Origin: an uncultured Candidatus Sumerlaeota bacterium
GTDB taxonomy: Bacteria; CAYMEV01
Direction: 5' to 3'
Length of the DNA: 55,670 nt
NCBI GenBank assembly: GCA_964389675.1
Contig: CAYMEV010000006.1
Location: 91,217 to 146,886, forward strand
Part shown: piece by piece, positions 10,387 through 20,390 of the stretch
How positions within the stretch are numbered: position 1 is the first letter of the stretch
Layout: the number at the start of each line of letters is the position of its first letter
Position numbers and translations under genes: made by a program
The notes under the pieces: model-generated
Database searches by the model: none
Seen by the model: the letters and a program-made list of their open reading frames with translations, nothing else
What the model was told of the DNA's origin: nothing

Positions 10387-10416
10387 TTGCAATATTGAAT
10401 TTCAATATGGTATAAT
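10387..10416 (+). promoter_or_regulatory. Sigma70-like promoter with a palindrome in the spacer
   Basis: TTGCAA-18 nt-TATAAT with an extended TGn; perfect inverted repeat ATATTGAA-T-TTCAATAT at 10392-10408. Confidence 0.45.
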
Positions 10417-10635
10417 ACGGAAGCCAGTCTTGTTTCCCCAGGTTTTTCAAGCAGTCTATTTGTAACCTTCGGCAGAAATTTTTTTACAGGGGATACCAGT
10501 AGAAGTACATGCTGACAATAAATGAATATATAAAAGCGCTTTAGATCAGATATAAACAGATCCGTTATTTTTGTACAAATTATGAATTAATGATTTATAT
10601 TATTTTATATCAAGACCATGATGATGGAGATTTAA

Positions 10636-10989
10636 ATGGCAAATATTGATATAGACTGTAATCCCGATATAAAGCCGGATGATATAATTAAAATATTAAA
10701 TAAAAAGTACGGGGAAAAATATAAGATATACCCTTCAAAATTAATTGGCCTGGATATTGTTGTAAGAAAATCAGCCTATATAGGAACCGGGATAAGATTA
10801 ATAAAAAGGGGAAAAAGCATTCAGCTGAAGATTCTGCAGATTTCCCCCGATGCTTTTGCCAGGGTTCTGTCTGCCAGCCTTATAGGCTTTTTCATGTTTA
10901 GAAAACCAATGCGGGATCTGGAAAATGAGATTACAGCTTATATGCTTGAATGCCCGGAGCTAAAAAAGCATAATACTTCTATAATTTAA
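10636..10989 (+). CDS. Hypothetical protein (117 aa, one hydrophobic segment)
   Basis: GGAG RBS and ATG start; no competing ORF. Confidence 0.7.
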   Translation: MANIDIDCNPDIKPDDIIKILNKKYGEKYKIYPSKLIGLDIVVRKSAYIGTGIRLIKRGKSIQLKILQISPDAFARVLSASLIGFFMFRKPMRDLENEITAYMLECPELKKHNTSII

Positions 10990-11111
10990 ATTTGCGAATG
11001 AAGGTCCATTTATTAGAATATAATCATAAACAGGAAAGGAAAATCAGGTTCTGATGATTTTTGGAAGATATGAAGATATTTACTGTTTCTTAGATATATG
11101 GTGCTTTTGAT

Positions 11112-11903
11112 ATGCCTTATAAAGAAACAAACAGGCGTCTGCACGGGTTGCCTCCATACAGGGTTGCAGTTGTCCATGGAGGCCCGGGAGCAACAGGAAG
11201 CGTTGCTGACCTTGCTTCAGAGCTCGGCAGGTACTTTGGCACAATTGAGCCTTTTCAGACCAGGGAAAGCATAGACGAGCTTGTATCAGAACTGCGTGAT
11301 CTGCTCCCTGACAGCCCGGTGGTACTTATAGGGCATTCCTGGGGTGCATGGCTGTCTATAATATTTGCTTCGGCTTACCCTGATATTGTTAAAAAGCTGA
11401 TACTGGTATCAAGCGGGCCATTTAATGAAGGATATGTTCCCTGTATCGAGAGAAAGAGGCTCGATAAACTGGATAAATATGGTAAAAAGGCCTATTTTGA
11501 CCTGATGGTTAAAATAGCTGAAACACCTGATGATAATTCATATCTGTTGAAATTTGCCAGGCTTATTTCTGAAGCAGATAATTACAGCATACTGCCGGAA
11601 AGCAGCGAAAATCCCCTGAAGATTGATATAAGACTATACAGGTCGATATGGTCGGAAGCCTTACTGCTTAGAAGATCAGGCAGTCTGCTAAATCTTGCAG
11701 GCAAGGTTGATGCAAAAATAGTAGTAATACATGGCAAAGACGACCCGCATCCTTATAAAGGCGTTGAAAAGCCTCTCAGAGAAGCAAATATTGATATCGG
11801 TTTTCATCTGCTTTTCAGGTGCGGCCATTATCCATGGCGTGAAATTCATGCCAGGGAAGAATTTTTAAATATTTTGATATCTGAGATAGAAAATGCATTT
11901 TGA
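11112..11903 (+). CDS. Alpha/beta fold hydrolase
   Basis: Motifs HGGPG, nucleophile elbow GHSWG, HGKDD and CGHYPW. Confidence 0.9.
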   Translation: MPYKETNRRLHGLPPYRVAVVHGGPGATGSVADLASELGRYFGTIEPFQTRESIDELVSELRDLLPDSPVVLIGHSWGAWLSIIFASAYPDIVKKLILVSSGPFNEGYVPCIERKRLDKLDKYGKKAYFDLMVKIAETPDDNSYLLKFARLISEADNYSILPESSENPLKIDIRLYRSIWSEALLLRRSGSLLNLAGKVDAKIVVIHGKDDPHPYKGVEKPLREANIDIGFHLLFRCGHYPWREIHAREEFLNILISEIENAF

Positions 11904-11975
11904 CAGATTTAGTAAAAATATATAGAAATATATATATGATTATAGATTATGAAAAAGCAATATTGAGGTGATAGA

Positions 11976-14018
11976 ATGGATTATGCAAAAAAACCCCCCA
12001 ATGCCAGGAAAGAGACAAAAATACTTGAATTGCACGGTGACAAAAGAGCAGATCCCTATTTCTGGATGAATGACAGAGACAATCAGGAGGTAATAAACCA
12101 TCTTAAGGAAGAAAATGCCTACAGAAAAGCTGTTATGAAGGATATAATGCCCCTGGCTGATAAACTCTACAGGGAAATAAAATCGAGGATACAGGAAGAT
12201 GACAAATCTGTTCCATTCAAGAAAGGGGATTACTTCTATTATGAAAAGCATGAAAAGGGGAAGGAGTATCCCATATTCTGCCGAAGGGAAAAATCCCTGG
12301 ACAGCCCGGAGGAAATATTCTGCGACATGAATGAATATGCAGAGCCTCATAGTTATTTTACAGGCGAAGCAGTAACATCTCATGATAATAAATGGTTTGC
12401 ACTGATAACAGACAGGATTGGCAGATTTTTATATACTGCAGTAATAAAAAAGTTTAAAACAGAGGAGCAGATAAAGGTAAACCTTGAAAATCTTTCCGGC
12501 TCAATAGCCTGGTCATCGGATAACCTCAGAATAATAGCTGTGCAGAAGGACCCTGTCACGCTTAGGGCATGCAGGGTTCTTTCCTATAACATACATACAG
12601 CTGATAGCTCCATTATTTATGAAGAGAATGACCCGGCTTTCTCTGTCTATCTAAAAGAATCTGCAGATAAAAAGTATATTTTTATTATCAGCACATCAAC
12701 ACTCTCTACTGAAATCCATTATTTATATTCTGATAATCCGGAGCAGGCATATCTTTTTTCAAAGAGAGAACTGAACCTTCTATATGAAGTTAACAGCATA
12801 AATGATAGATTCTTCATTTTAGCAAGCTTTAACAAAAGGAATTTTGAATTGCTGACAGCAGACTCTGATGATACAGAAAAAGCATTCTGGAGATCAGTGA
12901 TCCCTTCAAGGAAAGATGTTGAAATTGATGATATTGCATTTTTCTCTGATTATATGGTCCTTTCAGAAAGAGAGAATGCTCTCACAAACATAAGGATACT
13001 AAGCTATGATCTAAAAACAGATTTTAGGATTGATTTCGGCCTTGAAGCATATTATGCCTATGTAATTGATATTAATGAAGCAGAATCCAATCTTTTAAGG
13101 TACTCTGTTCAAAGCATCAATACTCCTCCTGAAATCTATGAATATGACCTTGTAAAAAACAGCAGGACCCTTATGAAAAGAAAGAAGGTAAAAGGAGGTT
13201 TCCAGCCATCGGATTACCAGGTTAAAAGGCTGTTTCTTAAAGCAAGGGATAATACCATGATCCCCGTTTCTTTGGCATACAGAAAAAACCTTTTCCGCAA
13301 GGGCAATAACCCTCTTTTAATAAAAGGCTACGGATCATATGGCTATCCTAATGATCCAGTTTTTGATAACAGCACAATAAGCCTTCTTGACAGGGGATTT
13401 CTGCTTGCAATAGCACATGTCAGGGGCGGTGGAGAGCTGGGAAGGGCATGGTATGAGAACGGAAAACTCCATAAAAAGAAAAACACATTCTATGATTTTA
13501 TAGACTCTACCATAAACCTTCTGCAGATTGGCTACGGAGATAAGGAAAGGGTATTCGGGATGGGTGGAAGCGCAGGAGGCTTGCTTATAGGTGCAGTAGC
13601 AAATATGAGGGGAGACCTGTACAAGGCTCTGGTTCCAACCGTACCATTTGTAGATGTGGTAACTACAATGCTGGACGAATCAATCCCTCTGACAACATTT
13701 GAGTACAATGAATGGGGAAATCCGAAGGATAAAAAAGACTATGATTATATGCTCAGCTATTCGCCATATGACAATGTAAAGAGAAAGCCATATCCCCATA
13801 TGTATATTCTTTCAGGGTTTCATGATTCCCAGGTCCAATACTGGGAGCCGGCAAAATGGGCAGCCAAACTGAGAGAGAATAAGACCAATGACAGCCTGAT
13901 ACTGTTTGAATGCGATATGTCCAGCGGGCATGGAGGCCCAAGCGGCAGGTTCAAAGGTATAAGGAGAACTGCTGGCATATGGGCTTTCTTGCTGGATCTT
14001 GCAGAATTAAGGGAATAA
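11976..14018 (+). CDS. ptrB: Oligopeptidase B (S9A)
   Basis: Motifs DPYFWM, GYGSYG, HVRGGGELG, GGSAGG (Ser), VPFVDV, HDSQVQYWEPAKW and GHGG. Confidence 0.95.
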   Translation: MDYAKKPPNARKETKILELHGDKRADPYFWMNDRDNQEVINHLKEENAYRKAVMKDIMPLADKLYREIKSRIQEDDKSVPFKKGDYFYYEKHEKGKEYPIFCRREKSLDSPEEIFCDMNEYAEPHSYFTGEAVTSHDNKWFALITDRIGRFLYTAVIKKFKTEEQIKVNLENLSGSIAWSSDNLRIIAVQKDPVTLRACRVLSYNIHTADSSIIYEENDPAFSVYLKESADKKYIFIISTSTLSTEIHYLYSDNPEQAYLFSKRELNLLYEVNSINDRFFILASFNKRNFELLTADSDDTEKAFWRSVIPSRKDVEIDDIAFFSDYMVLSERENALTNIRILSYDLKTDFRIDFGLEAYYAYVIDINEAESNLLRYSVQSINTPPEIYEYDLVKNSRTLMKRKKVKGGFQPSDYQVKRLFLKARDNTMIPVSLAYRKNLFRKGNNPLLIKGYGSYGYPNDPVFDNSTISLLDRGFLLAIAHVRGGGELGRAWYENGKLHKKKNTFYDFIDSTINLLQIGYGDKERVFGMGGSAGGLLIGAVANMRGDLYKALVPTVPFVDVVTTMLDESIPLTTFEYNEWGNPKDKKDYDYMLSYSPYDNVKRKPYPHMYILSGFHDSQVQYWEPAKWAAKLRENKTNDSLILFECDMSSGHGGPSGRFKGIRRTAGIWAFLLDLAELRE

Positions 14019-14113
14019 TGCATTTATCAGCAGATTAAAATAGGATACATTTAATCATCGGAAATTAACCTTGGGTCAATTCCTGTGCTTTTTCTTTACA
14101 GCATAAATCAGCC

Positions 14114-14623
14114 TCAAAAGATGAACCCGAAAGGGAATCTTTCACAGGAAAGAAGGTTTATATCAAAACCTGGGCTAAGGCTGATGCCCATTACTGTATT
14201 ATCCTCTTTCAGCAGTTCTTCATTGCAGATGTGAAGTGAACAGTCAGATATCCTGACATACCCCAGGCCTTTATAGAATCCAGCAATATCCGGGCTGCAG
14301 CCTAAAACTGCAAAAGGCAGCTCCTGCAGAAAAAGGTCTTCATGAACATTCTGCATCAGCAGGGTGCCGATCCCCTTTCGCTGAAAGGAAGGCTCTACAC
14401 AGACACCTCCTATATACCATCCCTCGAAATAGCGATGCTTGATAATAAACCACCGCCTCTGCACCGAAACATGAGCCAAAAGCCGATCACCGGACATCAG
14501 AAGCCAGCGCTGATTGGCAGGCCATAAAGGTGAATCATCTCCTCCAAGTGCGCCTTTGAGGAGATGAAGGATAGAGGCAGTGTCCATGCCAATATCATCA
14601 TGGATATGCTCAATTTTCATCAC
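14114..14623 (-). CDS. GNAT family N-acetyltransferase
   Basis: Acetyl-CoA motif A 'GGVCVEPSFQRKGIGTLLM' and 'FYKGLGY'. Confidence 0.85.
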   Translation of the reverse strand: MMKIEHIHDDIGMDTASILHLLKGALGGDDSPLWPANQRWLLMSGDRLLAHVSVQRRWFIIKHRYFEGWYIGGVCVEPSFQRKGIGTLLMQNVHEDLFLQELPFAVLGCSPDIAGFYKGLGYVRISDCSLHICNEELLKEDNTVMGISLSPGFDINLLSCERFPFGFIF

Positions 14624-14674
14624 TTACGGTACTCCATATGAAAATGTCTTAGTACCTGGCATGTAAATTGTCCC

Positions 14675-15907
14675 TTATCGGGAAGCATTCCCAAAGACAG
14701 ACATCAGCCAGTCATAGGCTACGGCAGCTGAAAAGCTTAAATTTCCGACCTGACAATGTGAATCAGCTCCCTCTGACTGGGAAAAACTATATTCAGTGAC
14801 ACTGCCGGATACTTTTTCGCAAAACTCCCTGAACTGCACCGCAGGCTCCCCGCCTTCTCCTTCCCCTACGAGTGCCAGGCATGGACAATGAATATTATGC
14901 AGGTATTCGCTGTTGGCAAAACGCTTCAGATAGATAAAAACATCACGGAAAGAATCCTGCTTAAACCGTCTTATAAGGTTTGCGCTCATTTCTTTAGCCT
15001 GCACAGGTAAAATGCTGTCCGGAATATCAGGAATATCACTTAGCCTGAAATTTTCTTCATCTTTCATATCTGCAGAGTCCTCCCCTACAAAGGCAACCAT
15101 ATAAGCATGAAGATCCGTAATGGGAGAATTGGCAATTAGAGCTTTTATCCTGCCATCAAATGCAGCAGCTCTCACTGCAAAATATCCCCCAAAGCTGATT
15201 CCCATCATACAAATTTTATCCTTTCTGACATCCTGCCTTCCCCAGCACCAATCCAGGACAGCCTTGGCAGGGTTTTCATAATCCGGCTCAAATCCTGAAT
15301 CCGGAGAAAATCGAAGTGTATCCATCTGCCCGGGGCCTGAGAAAAGAACTATATTAAACCCTCTCTCCAGTCCTGCCCTTCCCCTTGCAATATACTCCTC
15401 TTCCCTGGTACCGTCAAAACCGCTTAATATTATCAGTGTAGGCCTTTCTATATCATTCTCATCAGGCTTCATAAAATAGACAGGCAGGACAATGTCCTTA
15501 TAGGGAAGCATAATCTCCTCAAATGTATGTGCTGAACATTTCATTGCTTCAAGAAAACATTCTCTGGATCTTAAGCCCAGTGCCCTGTGCTTTTCAGCAT
15601 GGCACGGGGAATAATACTCCGCAGCCCTGTAGCTGTTGCAGGCTTTCAGATACTGATCCCTTGCACTTATGACAAAGCCTTTTTTCAGCCTTTCTGCTGC
15701 ATCTGTTTCCTCTTTTTCTGCTAATTTTTCATACTGCATAACCCAGCTTTCAGGGATCCCATCTTCTATTCGCGATGCTGCGTAAAAGCACTCCCCAGAT
15801 GATGCTCCGCCATACACTACTGAACCAAGCTGTCTTAAAAGCTGGAAATCCATCTCTGAATCATTGAATCCCTTGACCCTGGTCTTGCTTCTTTTCAATC
15901 CGGCCAA
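14675..15907 (-). CDS. Alpha/beta hydrolase (FrsA / dihydroxypseudooxynicotine hydrolase-like)
   Basis: Motifs YRAAEYY, SGFDGTREE, GPGQ, GISFGG (Ser) and GADSHCQ (His). Confidence 0.8.
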   Translation of the reverse strand: MAGLKRSKTRVKGFNDSEMDFQLLRQLGSVVYGGASSGECFYAASRIEDGIPESWVMQYEKLAEKEETDAAERLKKGFVISARDQYLKACNSYRAAEYYSPCHAEKHRALGLRSRECFLEAMKCSAHTFEEIMLPYKDIVLPVYFMKPDENDIERPTLIILSGFDGTREEEYIARGRAGLERGFNIVLFSGPGQMDTLRFSPDSGFEPDYENPAKAVLDWCWGRQDVRKDKICMMGISFGGYFAVRAAAFDGRIKALIANSPITDLHAYMVAFVGEDSADMKDEENFRLSDIPDIPDSILPVQAKEMSANLIRRFKQDSFRDVFIYLKRFANSEYLHNIHCPCLALVGEGEGGEPAVQFREFCEKVSGSVTEYSFSQSEGADSHCQVGNLSFSAAVAYDWLMSVFGNASR

Positions 15908-15962
15908 AACTGTACCCCCTTTTTGTATATTTTGAAACTGTCTACAGATCAGTATTAATTAA

Positions 15963-17627
15963 TCAAAAGTGATCAGAGATAGTAAGATCCGTATATAAGA
16001 TATATGCATATGCTCTGTCAGGTACTGATGATCCAAGCCTTCGCAGAGGATTGTAGGGCGTGTCTTTTATTTTAATGTATATGACAGCCATAGTGAATAT
16101 CATTGCAAGGACAATTATAAGGAAAAGTATCAGGCAACCGCGGTTTTTCTTTCCTTTTTCCTGTTTCGGCTTCTTCCTGGGAACTGTTTCTCTGACAGGC
16201 TTTTTTTCCTGTGCTGAGTCTATCGGCCTTGTAGATACAATCTCTTCGCTGTCTGGTTTATCATCCTGCTTCTCAGCAGGAATGATATCCTCTTTAATTT
16301 CCCTGAGCTCCTCAGGCTGATAGATCTGGTCTTCAGTAGGTTCATCACTGACAAGGGTTTTAGTGTATTTAATGACTGAAGAACCCAGAATAATCCTGTC
16401 ATCAGGATGCAGATATGCTTCTGTCACAGGCCTGTCATTTATAAAAACCCCATTGGCACTTTCTGTATCCCTTATCAGTGCTTTCCCTTCAATAAGCTCG
16501 AGTACTGCATGGCTTCCTGATACCATCGGGTCATTAATGATTATATCAGTGTTCTTCCTGCCGACAGATGTTGGAGATTTAGTAATTGTAAAGCTTTTAC
16601 CCCTGTCTTCTCCTGATAAGACCAGGAGAATATGATCAGGAAATTCCTGCTTCAATCTGGTTTCTTCATCATCTTTAGAAATATTCTCCTTTTCATCCTT
16701 AAAGTCATCTAAAAGATAATGCCCGCACTTTGCACAGAATTTATCATCAGGATCTGCATTATTGCCGCATTTGGAACAGGTTCTTGTATTCAAAGCGCTT
16801 TCTGATACTGTACTGTCAATATCAGGCCCCTCTGAATCCAGCCCCGAAGAGGCAATTTTATAGAGCAGTTCTGTTGAGCCAATAGTGATCATGTCCCCTG
16901 GAGATATCCTGCATTCACCTATTTTAACCCCATCCAGAAATACCCCGTTAACACTTTCAAGATCCCTTAAAACTACATTTTCCTCATTTATCTCAATGCT
17001 TGCATGCTTTGCTGATACTTTAGGATCATTAATATTAATATCCGCCTTCTTTCTGCCTAAAATGTTAATCTTCTTATTCAGCGCTATGACAGTTCCCCTG
17101 TTCTTCCCGGAGACTATTTCCAGCAGGTTGACTGTTTTAGCTTCATTCCCCCCTGAATCAATTAGGCTGTTCTCCATCACAGTATTTTCAGGCTCCTCCC
17201 CGGTGATCACATCCTCTTCTTTCTTATACTCCAGGATCGTCTCACCGAGCCTGATCTTGTCCTGATCTGATAATACAGCCTCCATAACCCTCTTCCCATT
17301 ATGGAAGGTACCGTTTGAGCTTCCAAGATCCTTAATTATTGCTTTATCGCCGGAGATCTCAAGACTTGCATGCTTTCCGGATATTTTTGAATCATTTATA
17401 ATTATGTCAGCATCCTTTCTTCCTATAATAATCCTGGGTTTCTCCAATTTAAAAATTTTTCCATGCTCTTCTCTGTTCATAATTTTTAGAGAATGAAGAA
17501 ATACAGTCTGTCTGGCCTTACCTTCAGGTTCAGCATTTGCTGCATCCCAGCCGCATTTTGAACAGAATCTGTTCCCCTTTTCAATGATATTGCCGCAATT
17601 TCCGCAAATATTATTTTCCATAACCAT
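15963..17627 (-). CDS. Membrane-anchored protein with 3 FHA domains and 2 zinc ribbons
   Basis: Three 'GR...I.D..(I/V)S..HA...D..S.NG' FHA motifs; two CxxC-x10-CxxC ribbons; Lys-rich linker then a TM segment near the C-terminus. Confidence 0.9.
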   Translation of the reverse strand: MVMENNICGNCGNIIEKGNRFCSKCGWDAANAEPEGKARQTVFLHSLKIMNREEHGKIFKLEKPRIIIGRKDADIIINDSKISGKHASLEISGDKAIIKDLGSSNGTFHNGKRVMEAVLSDQDKIRLGETILEYKKEEDVITGEEPENTVMENSLIDSGGNEAKTVNLLEIVSGKNRGTVIALNKKINILGRKKADININDPKVSAKHASIEINEENVVLRDLESVNGVFLDGVKIGECRISPGDMITIGSTELLYKIASSGLDSEGPDIDSTVSESALNTRTCSKCGNNADPDDKFCAKCGHYLLDDFKDEKENISKDDEETRLKQEFPDHILLVLSGEDRGKSFTITKSPTSVGRKNTDIIINDPMVSGSHAVLELIEGKALIRDTESANGVFINDRPVTEAYLHPDDRIILGSSVIKYTKTLVSDEPTEDQIYQPEELREIKEDIIPAEKQDDKPDSEEIVSTRPIDSAQEKKPVRETVPRKKPKQEKGKKNRGCLILFLIIVLAMIFTMAVIYIKIKDTPYNPLRRLGSSVPDRAYAYILYTDLTISDHF

Positions 17628-17813
17628 TCTCCTTTCAGCCTCTAATTATCGGACTGCCTTTCATAAAGATACTGTCACGTTCTCTTATACAATCTCTAAT
17701 TTATTATACAGCATTTGCTGAAAAAAATTAAATCTTTTATACTGTATGCTGATGGATACTTTTGCAGCCTTTTAACTAAATCTATAATATAATATGCTCA
17801 GAAGAAATTATTT

Positions 17814-18114
17814 TTAAACTTTTTTTGTTTAACAGACATAATGTTAAACTTTTTTTGTTTAACAGACATAATGTTNNNNNNNNNNNNNNNNNNNNNNNNN
17901 NNNNNNNNNNNNNNNNNNNNNNNNNNNNNNNNNNNNNNNNNNNNNNNNNNNNNNNNNNNNNNNNNNNNNNNNNNNAACAGACATAATGTTAAACTTTTTT
18001 TGTTTAACAGACATAATGTTAAACTTTTTTTGTTTAACAGTACTAAATGTTAAACTTTTTTGTTTAACAGTACTAAATGTTAAACTTTTTTGTTTAACAG
18101 TACTAAATGTTAAA
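17814..18114. repeat. 30-bp tandem repeat array (two variants), interrupted by the assembly gap
   Basis: Unit A is AACAGACATAATGTTAAACTTTTTTTGTTT and unit B is AACAGTACTAAATGTTAAACTTTTTTGTTT. About 2 copies lie left and about 4.6 copies right of the Ns; there are no unique spacers. Confidence 0.92.
17876..17975. other. Assembly/scaffold gap (100 N)
   Basis: Run of exactly 100 N inside the tandem repeat. Confidence 0.99.
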
Positions 18115-18165
18115 TATAATATATTTTACTATTTATATCAAATTTTAATCCCGAGGAGAATAAAA

Positions 18166-19386
18166 ATGCCTCCAATACTTACAATGGCAATTATAATAAT
18201 GTCAGGATTCATATTTGGTGAGATAACTAAAAAGATTGGCCTTCCCAAGATAACCGGATATATATTGGCCGGAATCGCATTAAATCCTGAAATTACATCC
18301 TTCCTTCCAACCGATTTTATAAACCATACCAGGATACTGACAAATATTGCACTTGCATTCATTACCTTTTCAGTTGGCGGAACACTGTACATTAAAAAGA
18401 TAAAATCTCTTGGTAAGGGCATAATAAATATTACCTTTTTTGAAGCAGAAATGGCCCTTCTGCTCGTATTTACAGGGTTTTTATTAATCTCCCCGCTCTT
18501 TCTGAAACAGGAAAATGCGACCTTTTTCACTCTTTACCTCCCTTTAAGCCTTCTGGTCGCTGCTCTGGCCTCTCCAACCGATCCATCAGCGGTTCTTGCG
18601 GTCGTTCATGAATATAAATGCGAAGGAGAGGTTACTTCGACAATAATGGGAGTATCTGCACTGGATGATGTGCTCGGGATCATCAATTACAGCTTCTGTA
18701 TAGTCCTTGCATCGGCTTTTGTCCTTCATCAGAGGTTCAGTCTTGAAAAATCAATAATTGACCCCGTAATCCAGATATTGATGACTGTAGCACTTGGTAT
18801 TCTTTTTGGTTTTTTATTAAACCTTATTACCATAATTATCCGGAGTGAAACAGAAGGAACTCTGATTGTGGTTATTTTCGGAATGCTGATGCTCTGCTAC
18901 GGGATAGCAACAGTCCTTGACATTGACCAGCTTCTTGCAACAATGACAATGGGTGCGGTTGTAGTGAATTTTAACATATATAAGGAAAAGATCTTTAAAA
19001 TGACAGAAAGATATACTGAAACCATGATATTTGTTATATTTTTCACAATAAGCGGCATGCAGCTTGATTTTACCTATATGAGGGAATCCCTTGGCTTAAT
19101 ATTTCTATTTTTTGTATTCAGGACTCTTGGCAAATTCATAGGCACTTTTATAGGGGCAAAGCTTTCAAGATCATCCAGCAATATTTCAAGATATACCATA
19201 GGAGGCCTCATACCTACAGGGGGTATTGTAATAGGACTGGCTCTCCTTATAAGGGATGATCCGGATTTTTCAGGTTTCTCCCAGATAATTTTGAGTTTTA
19301 TGCTTGGAGCAGTTGTAATACATGAGCTTTTCGGGCCAATTGTCTCAAAATATGCATTAAGAAAATCTGGTGAGATAAAAACCTGA
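18166..19386 (+). CDS. Cation:proton antiporter (CPA family)
   Basis: Start revised to ATG 18166 (GAGGAG RBS). Motifs LPKITGYILAG, SPTDP, ALDD, FFTISG and IHELFGP; polytopic. Confidence 0.9.
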   Translation: MPPILTMAIIIMSGFIFGEITKKIGLPKITGYILAGIALNPEITSFLPTDFINHTRILTNIALAFITFSVGGTLYIKKIKSLGKGIINITFFEAEMALLLVFTGFLLISPLFLKQENATFFTLYLPLSLLVAALASPTDPSAVLAVVHEYKCEGEVTSTIMGVSALDDVLGIINYSFCIVLASAFVLHQRFSLEKSIIDPVIQILMTVALGILFGFLLNLITIIIRSETEGTLIVVIFGMLMLCYGIATVLDIDQLLATMTMGAVVVNFNIYKEKIFKMTERYTETMIFVIFFTISGMQLDFTYMRESLGLIFLFFVFRTLGKFIGTFIGAKLSRSSSNISRYTIGGLIPTGGIVIGLALLIRDDPDFSGFSQIILSFMLGAVVIHELFGPIVSKYALRKSGEIKT

Positions 19387-19498
19387 TATTATTATCCTGT
19401 TAATTTTTTATACCGGGAATGTTAAATGTTGAATTACAGATGCATTATACAGAAAAGTGCCTTATTCAGGCTGCAGTGGCCTTATCAGGGAAAGCCCG

Positions 19499-20233
19499 TT
19501 ATTCTGCGTTTCTTGCAACTCGAAAGCCGATACTGTTCTTGTAATTATCAGGGTCATAAACATGCAGGAAGGAAACTGCACATTGAGATGCATAATAATC
19601 CCAGCTGCCCCCCCTTATGATGCGGCCACCCTGTCTTTCAGTATCAGTCCATTCAAATACATTTCCGCTCATATCATAGATCCCAAGTTCATTGGGTTCC
19701 TTTTTGCCTACCTCATTTGTTTTTTCCTTTGAATTCCCATAGAACCATGCTGAATCCGAAACACTGTCACTGCCGGCATATTCCGTGGCATTACCGCTTC
19801 TTCCCCCTCTTGCTGCATATTCCCATTCCTCACTTGTTGGAAGCCTGTAACCGTCCCCACCTTTCACATTGACATCTGCATTTACAATGTTTTTGCCCCT
19901 GCGTCTCACTCTTGTAATACCGTAATATGCCTTCAGCTTTTCCCTTTTGCTTCTTTCGTTACAGTATGCTACAGCATCATACCATGTCACAGATTCAACA
20001 GGAAGGCTGTCTCCAATAAAAAAAGACGGATTATTCTTCATTACCTCTTCATATTCTGCCTGTGTAATCTCAAATCTGCCTATATAAAAATCATGATCAA
20101 TGCTGATGCTGTTATTTTTTTCTGATGTAGTACCCTTTACTGCAAGTATAAGGTCCTGTTCCGTAGCTGATGAATTACCTGCAAAAATAACAGCCAAAAA
20201 GATCAATGCAGCCCAAAAAAAAGATTTCCGCAT
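19499..20233 (-). CDS. Secreted FGE-sulfatase / SUMF1-like domain protein
   Basis: Signal peptide; motifs EITQAEY, PVESVTWYDA, RLPTSEEWEYAARG, NELGIYDMSGNVFEW, RGGSW and GFRVAR. Confidence 0.9.
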   Translation of the reverse strand: MRKSFFWAALIFLAVIFAGNSSATEQDLILAVKGTTSEKNNSISIDHDFYIGRFEITQAEYEEVMKNNPSFFIGDSLPVESVTWYDAVAYCNERSKREKLKAYYGITRVRRRGKNIVNADVNVKGGDGYRLPTSEEWEYAARGGRSGNATEYAGSDSVSDSAWFYGNSKEKTNEVGKKEPNELGIYDMSGNVFEWTDTERQGGRIIRGGSWDYYASQCAVSFLHVYDPDNYKNSIGFRVARNAE

Positions 20234-20390
20234 AAAAGATCCCCTTTCATTCTCAGTTTGATATAAGATAGATTTGCAGTAATATCAATATTATAAAACA
20301 ATATTTGATAAATATCAATATTGTCTTATAAGAAAATAAATTATTTTTGTTTTTTGCCTGAAAATTAAGCCCCTGCTGGTAGAAGCAAGT

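Noticed and set aside
17814-18114. CRISPR array (30-bp, partly palindromic repeats containing GTTT/AAAC)
   Set aside because: The units are directly adjacent with no unique spacers, and there are no cas genes in the window.
17986-18165. 60-aa repeat-encoded N-terminal extension of the antiporter, and ORF 17841..18053
   Set aside because: This is read-through of a 30-bp repeat (and Ns). A clear GAGGAG RBS sits before ATG 18166, where the family-like sequence begins.
19499-20233. FGE-sulfatase/C-type-lectin-fold protein as a diversity-generating retroelement target
   Set aside because: I saw no reverse transcriptase gene and no template-repeat copy of its 3' end in the window.
20281-20324. 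AATATCAATATT direct repeat and partial palindrome; similar TCAATATTG at about 9344 and 10388
   Set aside because: Very AT-rich, and the other copies overlap probable -35 elements; indistinguishable from chance without a statistical test.
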